From: Thermoplasmatota archaeon
GTDB taxonomy: Archaea > Thermoplasmatota > SW-10-69-26 > JACQPN01 > JAJPHT01
Length of the DNA: 64,000 nucleotides
Assembly: GCA_035526585.1 (NCBI GenBank)
Contig: DATLCC010000102.1
Location: forward strand, 3,743 to 67,742
Direction: 5' to 3'
Shown here piece by piece: positions 56,103-64,000 of the stretch. The position numbers and the translations under genes were made by a program. Numbering within the stretch: the stretch's first letter is position 1; each line of letters opens with the position of its first letter. The notes beneath the pieces are model-generated. The model was not told where the DNA came from. It did no database searches and worked only from the letters and a program-made list of their open reading frames with translations.

Positions 56103-57989
56103 ATGAAGCTCGCCTACGAGCTCGCGATGCCGCAGCCGGAGACGCACCTCTACCACGTGACGGTGCGCGTGTCCCGCGCGCGCGGCGGGCGGCTCCTTTT
56201 CCGCATGCCCGCGTGGGCTCCGGGGAGCTATCTGATCCGCGACTACGCGCGCCACGTGCAGGACTTCGAGGCGACGGATGGCGCCGGGAAGGCGCTGCGA
56301 TGGACGCGCGTCGACAAGCAGACGTGGGAGGTCGAGACGGATGGCGGCAAGGGGATCGTCGTGCGCTATCGCGTCTATGCGAACGAGCTCTCGGTGCAGA
56401 CGAGCCACCTCGACGCGACGCATGCGTACGGGAACGGCACGTCCGTGTTGATGTACGTCGAGGGCGCGAAGGGATCCCCCGCGACGCTCGCGATCGCGCC
56501 GCCCAAGGGCTGGCGTGTGGACATCGCGCTCCCGAAACGGGGCGGCGTGTGGCGCGCGGAGGACTACGACGCGCTCGTGGACGCGCCCTGGGAGATCGGC
56601 ACGCATCGGACGCTCGCGTTCCGCGTGCGTGGCAAGCGTCACCGGCTCGCGATCTACGGGCGCGGGAACGAGGACGAGGACCGCCTCGTCGCGGACCTCA
56701 CGCGCATCGTCGAAGAAGAGGCGGAGATCTTCGGGGGGCTCCCGTATGAGGAGTATCTCTTCATCCTGCACCTGGCGGACAAGCCCGCGGGGGGCCTGGA
56801 GCATCGCGGGAGCAACACCTCGATCGTGGATCGATGGACGTTCCAGCCGGGGAAGAAGTACGAGGACTTCCTCGCGCTCGAGGCGCACGAGTTCTTCCAC
56901 ACGTGGAACGTGAAGCGGCTTCGCCCCGCTCTCCTCGGCCCCTTCGACTACGCGAAGGAGGTTCACACGACGCTCCTCTGGGCGATGGAAGGGATCACGA
57001 GCTACTACGATCACCTCGTCCTCGCCCGCGCGGGCCTCATCTCGGAGGATCGCTATCGGGAGTTCCTCGCCGAGACGATCACGAAGCTTCGCCAGCAGCC
57101 GGGCCGCTTCAAGCTCTCGCTGTCGCAGTCGAGCTTCCTCACCTGGGTGAAGCTCTACAAGCAGGACTCCAACTGGATGAACACGGGTGTCAGCTACTAT
57201 CTCAAGGGCGAGCTCGTGGGCCTCGTGCTCGATCTTGCGATCCGCGACCGCACGGACGGAAAGCAGGGACTCGACGACGTCATGCGCTTCCTCTGGGAGA
57301 CGTATCCCGTGGACGGCCCCGGTATCCCGGAGCTCCACGCGGGCGGCCGCGACGGCTGGCGCATCGCGATCGAGAGCGTGACGGGCCTCTCGTGGCGCGC
57401 CTTCTGGTCGAAGTACATCGACGGCACCGACGAGGTGGACTTCGAGGCGTTCCTCGAGAAGGTCGGTTGGACGCTGCGCGCGGTGGCGAAGGACGACGAT
57501 CCCCAGAAGAAGGAGGCGACGGGCGAATACCTCGGCCCCGGCGCCTGGCTCGGCGCGGAGCTCAAGGAGCACGAGCGCCGCGTGAAGGTGCAGCACGTGC
57601 TCGTCGCCTCGCCTGCGATCGCGGCCGGGCTCGCGCCCGAGGACGAGATCGTCGCGATGGACCGCATGCGCGCGAACGACAAGGAATGGGTCGAGAAGCG
57701 GCTGCGCGAGCGCCTGCCGGGCGACCTCGTCACGCTCCACTGGTTCCGCAGGGGCGAGCTCGTCGAGCGTGAGATCATGCTCGGCGAGAACCCCCCCGAG
57801 AAGTGGACGATCGAGCAGGTGGACAAGTCCACGCCGCGCCAGAAGCGCCTGCGCGAGGACTGGCTCGCGCCCCTCGCAGGCGCGAAACGAAGGAAGCCCG
57901 TCGCGGGCGGCAAGGGGCGCGGCCGCAACGCGCAGCGGGGGGCGAAGCGCGCGCGGCCTCAGGCGCCGCGGCCGCCGCGACGCGAGTAG
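56103..57989 (+). CDS. M61-family glycyl aminopeptidase with PDZ domain
   Basis: HEFFHTWNVKR zinc motif, EGITSYY, a PDZ-like block (GAWLGAELKE...VLVASPAIAAGLAPEDEIVAMD), and a basic C-terminal tail. Confidence 0.85.
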   Translation: MKLAYELAMPQPETHLYHVTVRVSRARGGRLLFRMPAWAPGSYLIRDYARHVQDFEATDGAGKALRWTRVDKQTWEVETDGGKGIVVRYRVYANELSVQTSHLDATHAYGNGTSVLMYVEGAKGSPATLAIAPPKGWRVDIALPKRGGVWRAEDYDALVDAPWEIGTHRTLAFRVRGKRHRLAIYGRGNEDEDRLVADLTRIVEEEAEIFGGLPYEEYLFILHLADKPAGGLEHRGSNTSIVDRWTFQPGKKYEDFLALEAHEFFHTWNVKRLRPALLGPFDYAKEVHTTLLWAMEGITSYYDHLVLARAGLISEDRYREFLAETITKLRQQPGRFKLSLSQSSFLTWVKLYKQDSNWMNTGVSYYLKGELVGLVLDLAIRDRTDGKQGLDDVMRFLWETYPVDGPGIPELHAGGRDGWRIAIESVTGLSWRAFWSKYIDGTDEVDFEAFLEKVGWTLRAVAKDDDPQKKEATGEYLGPGAWLGAELKEHERRVKVQHVLVASPAIAAGLAPEDEIVAMDRMRANDKEWVEKRLRERLPGDLVTLHWFRRGELVEREIMLGENPPEKWTIEQVDKSTPRQKRLREDWLAPLAGAKRRKPVAGGKGRGRNAQRGAKRARPQAPRPPRRE

Positions 57990-58150
57990 CGGCGGCGTCC
58001 GACGGCGAGGTGCACGACGGCGAGGATCACGCCGACGACCATCGCGATCCACCCGGCCCACGCGAGGATCGGCGCGAAGGCGGCCATCGGCGTGAGCGCG
58101 AGGCCCACGCCGAGGAGAAGGAGAAAGAGGCCGAGCGCGAGGAGTCCCAC
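57959..58150 (-). CDS. Small two-span membrane protein (63 aa), paralog A
   Basis: MGLLALGLFLLLLGVGLALT...GWIAMVVGVILAVVHLAVGRRR, clearly homologous to the next ORF. Overlaps the M61 3' end by 31 nt (convergent). Confidence 0.55.
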   Translation of the reverse strand: MGLLALGLFLLLLGVGLALTPMAAFAPILAWAGWIAMVVGVILAVVHLAVGRRRYSRRGGRGA

Positions 58151-58217
58151 GCGCCCGGGTTCGGAAGAGATCGCTCGTCAAGTCTCTGGCCATCTCACGG
58201 ATGGCCTCGGGTCCCCC

Positions 58218-58436
58218 TTACGGGTAGCCCGGTCGGCGGTACTCGCGTTCGACGACGACGTCGCGGTTGCGGCGGCCCGAGAAGGCGTAGATCAACGCCA
58301 ACACGATGCCGATCGCCACGCACACCCAACCCAGCCAGATGAGAGGCTGCGAGAGGGTCGCGAGACCGAGCACGTTCGTGAACGCCAGCACGAGGCCGAC
58401 GAGGACGAGCACGATGCCGAATGCAAGCATGCCCAT
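58218..58436 (-). CDS. Small two-span membrane protein (72 aa), paralog B
   Basis: MGMLAFGIVLVLVGLVLAFT...GWVCVAIGIVLALIYAFSGRR, alignable to paralog A. Confidence 0.6.
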   Translation of the reverse strand: MGMLAFGIVLVLVGLVLAFTNVLGLATLSQPLIWLGWVCVAIGIVLALIYAFSGRRNRDVVVEREYRRPGYP

Positions 58437-58501
58437 GCTGGGGACGTCGTCCGCACGGGAGGTATCTTTTGTGGCCGGAACGGCGGTCAGGCCCGCCCGC
58501 G

Positions 58502-59671
58502 TCAGGGCGTCACCACGTCGCGCTGGGCTTTCGTGGTCACTTCCGGGCGCCCGTCAGGATGGATGTACACGTCGATCTCGTTCCTGACGCCGAACTCCGG
58601 CAGGTACACGCCCGGCTCGATGCTGAAGAGAAGGCCGGGGATCAGCTCGCGCGTGTCGTACGTCTCGAAGCCGTCGAGGTTGGCGCCCTCGCTGTGCACC
58701 TCGTAGCCGATGCTGTGGCCCGTGCGGTGGGTGAACCAGCCGGCGAGCCCCTTGTCCACGAGATGCTGGCGGACGGCGGCGTCCGTCGCGGCGCCCGTCG
58801 TCGGCTTCCCGGCCTTGTGCGCGGCCTCGATGTGCATGACGCCGGCGTCGCGCGCGTCGCGGACGGCCTCGAAGACCTCCAGATGCTTCTTGGGGACGTT
58901 CCTCCCCACGAAGCCGGTCCACGTGATATCACCGTACACCGCGCCAGGCTTCGCGAGCTTCGCCCACAGGTCGAGGAGGACCCAATCGTCGCGCTGGATC
59001 ACGGCGCTCCCTTCGGCGGGCGGCGCGTAGTGCGGGTCGCCCGCGTGCGCGTTCACGGCGACGATCGGGTCGTGGTCCGTCACCATCCCCTCGTCGCGGA
59101 AGCGTTTCGCGAGATGCTGCTGAGCCTCGCGCTCGGTGATCCGCCCGCCCGCGAGCACGGTGCTGAAGATGTGCGCGAACGTCGCGTCCTTGGCCTCGTC
59201 GAGCTTCCTCGCGGCCGCCCGATGCGTCTCCAGCTCGGCTGCGGAGAGGCGCGCGTAGGCGAACTGGTAGAGGTCGCCGCTTGGGACCACCGACTTCCCC
59301 ATGCCACGGACCATGTCGAGCGTGCCGCCATCGACGCGCGAGACGTACGGCAGCGCGCCGCCTGGCGCGTACTCCATGGCGACGGTGCGCGCGTCCTTCA
59401 GGACCTCGACGAGCGCGTCGGCGAGCGAGGCGCGGTGCGTGTAGCTGCGCACGCTGGCGTCCACGCCCTTGAACTGCCCCGCGTCGATCATGCTGCCCAC
59501 GAGCGTGGGACGGCCATGCGCGGGGATCCAGTAGAAGACGCGGCGCGTGAGGTGGCGGTCCTCCCCACCCAGCACTCGCTTGAGGACCGGGTTGGAGCCC
59601 TTGAAATCGTAGACGAGCCAGCCGTCGATGCCCTTCTGCTGGAGGTACTGCTGCGCGTCCCGGAGGCTCAT
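58502..59671 (-). CDS. M24-family metallopeptidase (Xaa-Pro aminopeptidase/dipeptidase type)
   Basis: Creatinase-like N-domain, then pita-bread metal-ligand contexts VLLDLWAKL..YGDITWT, HRTGHSIG, LFSIEPGVY, VRNEIDV. Internal ATG 59671 of track ORF 58502..60442. Confidence 0.8.
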   Translation of the reverse strand: MSLRDAQQYLQQKGIDGWLVYDFKGSNPVLKRVLGGEDRHLTRRVFYWIPAHGRPTLVGSMIDAGQFKGVDASVRSYTHRASLADALVEVLKDARTVAMEYAPGGALPYVSRVDGGTLDMVRGMGKSVVPSGDLYQFAYARLSAAELETHRAAARKLDEAKDATFAHIFSTVLAGGRITEREAQQHLAKRFRDEGMVTDHDPIVAVNAHAGDPHYAPPAEGSAVIQRDDWVLLDLWAKLAKPGAVYGDITWTGFVGRNVPKKHLEVFEAVRDARDAGVMHIEAAHKAGKPTTGAATDAAVRQHLVDKGLAGWFTHRTGHSIGYEVHSEGANLDGFETYDTRELIPGLLFSIEPGVYLPEFGVRNEIDVYIHPDGRPEVTTKAQRDVVTP

Positions 59672-59725
59672 GCGCCGCGCACGCTCCGCCGCGGGCTTCA
59701 AGCTTCGCCAGGCGCCTGCCGGCGC

Positions 59726-60046
59726 ATGCGCGCCCTCGTGCTCCTTTCGCTCGTGCTTCTGGTCCCGGTGGCGCTCGCAGGCGCGACGCACGAGGTCGAC
59801 GTGCGAAACTCGGGATACACCGACGTCGAGAGCGGCACGCCGGTCACCTCGATCCATGTGGGCGACACGGTGCTCTGGCGAAATCTCGAGGGCCACCACA
59901 CGATCACGGACATCGACGGCTCCGCGAGCCACGGCGGCTTCTCCGCGGGGGAGACGGCGTCGCACACGTTCACCGCGCCGGGTGTGACGCCGTACCGGTG
60001 CTCGTTCCATCTCAACATGCACGGGCTCATCGTTGTCGGACCGTGA
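59726..60046 (+). CDS. Secreted cupredoxin (type 1 blue copper protein)
   Basis: Signal peptide MRALVLLSLVLLVPVALAGA. Copper ligands: H in WRNLEGHHT and the C-x2-H-x4-M motif YRCSFHLNMHG. Confidence 0.75.
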   Translation: MRALVLLSLVLLVPVALAGATHEVDVRNSGYTDVESGTPVTSIHVGDTVLWRNLEGHHTITDIDGSASHGGFSAGETASHTFTAPGVTPYRCSFHLNMHGLIVVGP

Positions 60047-60092
60047 CGGAACACCCATCGCGTGCCGTACATGGCCGGAGGGCGAAACCCTG

Positions 60093-61040
60093 ATGCGGGC
60101 CGCCTCGCTCGCGCAGCCCATGTCCTCCGCCGCTGTCGTCGCCCGCGGGCTGCGGAAGAAGTACGGAGACTTCGAGGCCGTGAAGGGCATCGACTTCGAC
60201 GTGCCGCGCGGCAGCGTGCTCGGCTTCCTGGGCCCGAACGGCGCCGGCAAGACGACGACGATGCGCATGGTGTACGGCCTCTCCCCTCGCACGTCCGGCA
60301 CGCTCGAGGTGCTCGGCCGGGACATCGACGCGCACGCGCGCTCGATCAAGCAGCGCATCGGCGTCGTGCCGCAAGAGTCGAACCTTGACGCGGACATGAC
60401 GGCGCGCGAGAATCTTCTCGTGTTCGGCCGCTTCTTCGACATCGTGGGCGCGCGCCTGCGCGATCGCGTCGACGAGCTCCTCGCCTACGTGCAGCTCACG
60501 GAGAAGGCGGACGAGCGCGTGACCGAGCTCTCCGGCGGCATGAAGCGCCGCCTCCACATCGCGCGCTCGCTCCTGAACGATCCCGAGCTCCTCGTGCTCG
60601 ACGAGCCCACGACGGGCCTGGATCCGCAGAGCCGCGTGCTCGTGTGGGAGCAGATCCGCGCGATGCGACGCGCGGGGAAGACCGTGCTCCTCACGACGCA
60701 CTACATGGACGAGGCGGAGAAGCTCAGCGACTCCCTGCTCGTGATCGACGCGGGCCGCATCATCGAGCGCGGGACGCCGGCCGATCTCATCGCGCGCCAC
60801 ATCGGCCGCGAGGCGCTGGAGCTCGCGGTGGATCCCGCGGAGGACAAGCGCGTGCTGGAGCGGGTGGAGGCGACGCACGCCGAGCGGGTCGGGGACGAGC
60901 TGCGCCTCTTCGGGCAGAGCGGTGATGATCTTTACCAGCAAGTGGTCCGTGCTGGGGTGAAGCCGGAGGGGCATCGCGTGCGGCGCGCGACGCTGGAGGA
61001 TGTCTTCTTGAAGCTCACGGGGCGGGCGTTGTCCGAATGA
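60093..61040 (+). CDS. ABC transporter ATP-binding protein (ABC-2/DrrA type)
   Basis: Walker A GPNGAGKTT, signature LSGGMKRRL, Walker B LLVLDEPTTGLD. The start is ATG 60093 or 60120. Confidence 0.9.
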   Translation: MRAASLAQPMSSAAVVARGLRKKYGDFEAVKGIDFDVPRGSVLGFLGPNGAGKTTTMRMVYGLSPRTSGTLEVLGRDIDAHARSIKQRIGVVPQESNLDADMTARENLLVFGRFFDIVGARLRDRVDELLAYVQLTEKADERVTELSGGMKRRLHIARSLLNDPELLVLDEPTTGLDPQSRVLVWEQIRAMRRAGKTVLLTTHYMDEAEKLSDSLLVIDAGRIIERGTPADLIARHIGREALELAVDPAEDKRVLERVEATHAERVGDELRLFGQSGDDLYQQVVRAGVKPEGHRVRRATLEDVFLKLTGRALSE

Positions 61041-61089
61041 TGCGGCTCCACCAGTTCTTGCGGAAGCTCGTCTGCGAGGGGGCATCCCG

Positions 61090-61875
61090 ATGAGCTATCT
61101 CCTGGCTTACAGGCTCAACGCCAAGCTCGCGTTCAGGGTCTGGCAACGAGAGCTCACCCTGTACAAGCGCATCTGGCCGAGCACCATCCTCAGCACGCTC
61201 TTCGACCCGATCCTGTACCTGCTTGCCATGGGCTTCGGCGTCGGCGCGTACATCACGCAGACCATTGAAGGTGTCAGCTACCTGCAGTTCATCGCGCCGG
61301 GCCTCGTCGCGTCGAGCGTGATGTATGCGGCGGCGTACGAGGCCGCGTGGAACTCGTATGTGCGCATCTACCACGAGCGCAGCTACGACGCGATGATGAC
61401 GACGCCCGCCGAGCTGGAGGACGTCGTGGGCGGTGAGGTCGCGTGGGGGGCGACGCGCGCGTGCATCTACAGCATCGTGATGCTGGGCGTTCTCGCGGCA
61501 TTCGGCCTCGTGCGCTCGCCGTGGGCGCTCCTCGTGCCGGTCGTCGCGTTCCTGGGTGGCGCGATGTTCATGGTGCTCGGCCTCGCGTACACGGTGCGCG
61601 TCAAGCACATGGACCAGCTGACGTTCCTCTTCACGCTGGGCGTCACGCCGATGTTCCTCTTCAGCGGCGTCTTCTTTCCCCTCGCCGGGCTCCCGGCGTG
61701 GGTGCAGGTCGTCGCGTGGGTGAGCCCGCTCTACCATCTGGTGGAGATCGTGCGCGCGCTCGCGCTTGGCGCGATCGACGTCGCGCTCGCGGGTCACGCG
61801 GCGTGGATGCTCGTCGCCGTGGTCGCCCTGTGGGGGCTTCCGGTGAGCGTTCTGCGCAGGAAGCTGCGGAGCTGA
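61090..61875 (+). CDS. ABC-2 type transporter permease
   Basis: Six hydrophobic spans and an N-terminal WQRELTLYKRIWPS pattern. Lies directly downstream of the ATPase. Confidence 0.85.
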   Translation: MSYLLAYRLNAKLAFRVWQRELTLYKRIWPSTILSTLFDPILYLLAMGFGVGAYITQTIEGVSYLQFIAPGLVASSVMYAAAYEAAWNSYVRIYHERSYDAMMTTPAELEDVVGGEVAWGATRACIYSIVMLGVLAAFGLVRSPWALLVPVVAFLGGAMFMVLGLAYTVRVKHMDQLTFLFTLGVTPMFLFSGVFFPLAGLPAWVQVVAWVSPLYHLVEIVRALALGAIDVALAGHAAWMLVAVVALWGLPVSVLRRKLRS

Positions 61876-61878
61876 GGA

Positions 61879-62112
61879 TCAATCCTGGAGGATGGCCTCG
61901 ACGATGTCGCCCCAGCGCTCCTGGAGGCGGTCGCCGTCAGGGCGGCGGACGAGGGCGCGTCCGGCGGCGGGGGTCATGTCGAGGGGCCATTCGCCGTGCT
62001 GCGTGGCGAAGCGGATCGCCTTCGTGACCTCGTTGTGGACGCGCGTTCCGGGCTCGAGCTCGCGACGGGTGACGATGCCGCGCATGAGCCCCTCTATGCG
62101 CAGGGGGTGCAT
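61879..62112 (-). CDS. Hypothetical small protein (77 aa)
   Basis: ATG start with strongly G/C-biased third positions. No family recognised. Confidence 0.45.
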   Translation of the reverse strand: MHPLRIEGLMRGIVTRRELEPGTRVHNEVTKAIRFATQHGEWPLDMTPAAGRALVRRPDGDRLQERWGDIVEAILQD

Positions 62113-62374
62113 AGTCTTGCGGTCCGCGCAGGCTGGCGGCCGCTCCGTCGGCGTCCGCCGTGATAGCGTTCGGCCGGCCCCCCGGGGAGGCGCGTCCGCG
62201 GACGGCCCGTCCCCAGGGGCGGCTCCGACTCGTTCCCCTCGGGCTGGGCGTCCCGGAGGGCCTCTCCCAAGGGGGCGGGGGGTCGTGTGCCTTCATAAGG
62301 GCAGGCAGGCGCGGGGTTGCCTGCGGTCGCTTCCGGCCAAGCTTCATTCGCGCCGACGGGGGTCACGGCGTTTC

Positions 62375-63097
62375 GTGGACCTGGAGGCGTCGGCCGCGCA
62401 GGATGATGCGCTCGCCCGCTCGCTCGTCGCCCTGGCGCACCCGTCGCGCCTCGCGCTCCTTCGGCAGCTTCGCGCGCCCAAGACGCTGCGGGAGATCAGC
62501 CTGCGGCCGGGCGCGAGCGCGGGCGGGGGCTCGAGCGCCGGCGACGAGGGTCGGAGCATCTCGCGCCAGGCGGTGCGCGAACACTTGGATCGCCTCATGG
62601 GGATCGGCGTCGTGCACGCTTCGGAGGCGGAGCGCGACTACGGCGAGACGACGGAGTATTCCCTCAACCACCAGGCGCTCTACGCGCTCTCGGAGGAGTT
62701 CCGCGGGCTCGCCCGCCTGCGGCCCGCGTCGGAGCCCGTGCTTGCGACCGTGGCGCGGCCGGGGCTCGCGGCTGAGAGCGCGCCGGAAGGGCCTTGCCTC
62801 GTCCTCGTGAAGGGATTGGACGAGGGACGCTCCTTCCCGCTCGTCGCGGCCCACAAGCAGCAGTGGACGATCGGCCGGCGCCGCGGCCTCGACGTGTCGC
62901 TCGACTTCGATCCTTTCGTGTCGACGGAGAACACGGTGGTGTCGCATGCGCGGGGTGCGTTCAGCATCGAGGACCTGCCGGATTCGCGCAACGGCACGCT
63001 CGTGAACTTCCTTCCCCTCGCGAAGGGGGAGCGGCGCGCGCTCCGCTCCGCCGACGTCATCGGCGTGGGGCGCTCGCTCCTCGTGTTCCGCGGCTGA
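62375..63097 (+). CDS. Winged-helix (ArsR-like) plus FHA domain regulator
   Basis: LVALAHPSRLALLRQL...ISRQAVREHLDRL wHTH block. C-terminal FHA pattern WTIGRRRGLDVSL...VSHARGAF...DSRNGTLVN. GTG start within track ORF 61892..63097. Confidence 0.7.
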   Translation: MDLEASAAQDDALARSLVALAHPSRLALLRQLRAPKTLREISLRPGASAGGGSSAGDEGRSISRQAVREHLDRLMGIGVVHASEAERDYGETTEYSLNHQALYALSEEFRGLARLRPASEPVLATVARPGLAAESAPEGPCLVLVKGLDEGRSFPLVAAHKQQWTIGRRRGLDVSLDFDPFVSTENTVVSHARGAFSIEDLPDSRNGTLVNFLPLAKGERRALRSADVIGVGRSLLVFRG

Positions 63098-63107
63098 CGC
63101 GCATCGA

Positions 63108-64000
<893 letters not shown>

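Overview
Very GC-rich, densely coding archaeal chromosomal segment with genes on both strands. Several features together point to an archaeon. These are the conserved rpo7(rpoE')-spt4-DUF359/dephospho-CoA kinase-rps24e-rps27ae cluster, an archaeal/eukaryal-type AspRS, and form III RuBisCO next to AMP phosphorylase. In addition there is a roughly 360-nt 7S SRP RNA, three tRNAs without encoded CCA, and oligo-T stops after the RNA genes. Other content: purT; three two-component modules rich in PAS/GAF domains; a SWIM-SNF2 helicase; Fe/Mn SOD; a glycogen cluster (PfkB kinase, GH15, glycogen synthase, GH57); and H+-pyrophosphatase. There are also several secreted or lipobox proteins and peptidases (M14, S8, M61, M24), a kaiC-kaiB-kaiB-histidine kinase operon, an ABC-2 exporter, and an FHA regulator next to a Hanks-type kinase. 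No transposase, integrase, CRISPR array or rRNA was seen. The best candidate for something new is a 33-codon ORF missing from the supplied track (39521..39622, minus strand). Its stop overlaps the start of an MdnC/MvdD-like ATP-grasp ligase, and the peptide has a PFLYAR leader-like motif plus a Thr/Asp/Glu/Lys-rich C-terminus, so this looks like an archaeal graspetide (omega-ester/amide RiPP) locus. Secondary points of interest are recurrent structured intergenic elements (CGCGAC-unit hairpins, a GTAACC-N4-GGTTAC palindrome paired with a hairpin that shows covariation, nested inverted repeats), three hexanucleotide microsatellites, and KaiB paralogs with basic N-terminal tails. Many long ORFs in the track are antisense or out-of-frame shadows typical of high-GC DNA and were not called. 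All starts were assigned by eye, and several are uncertain.
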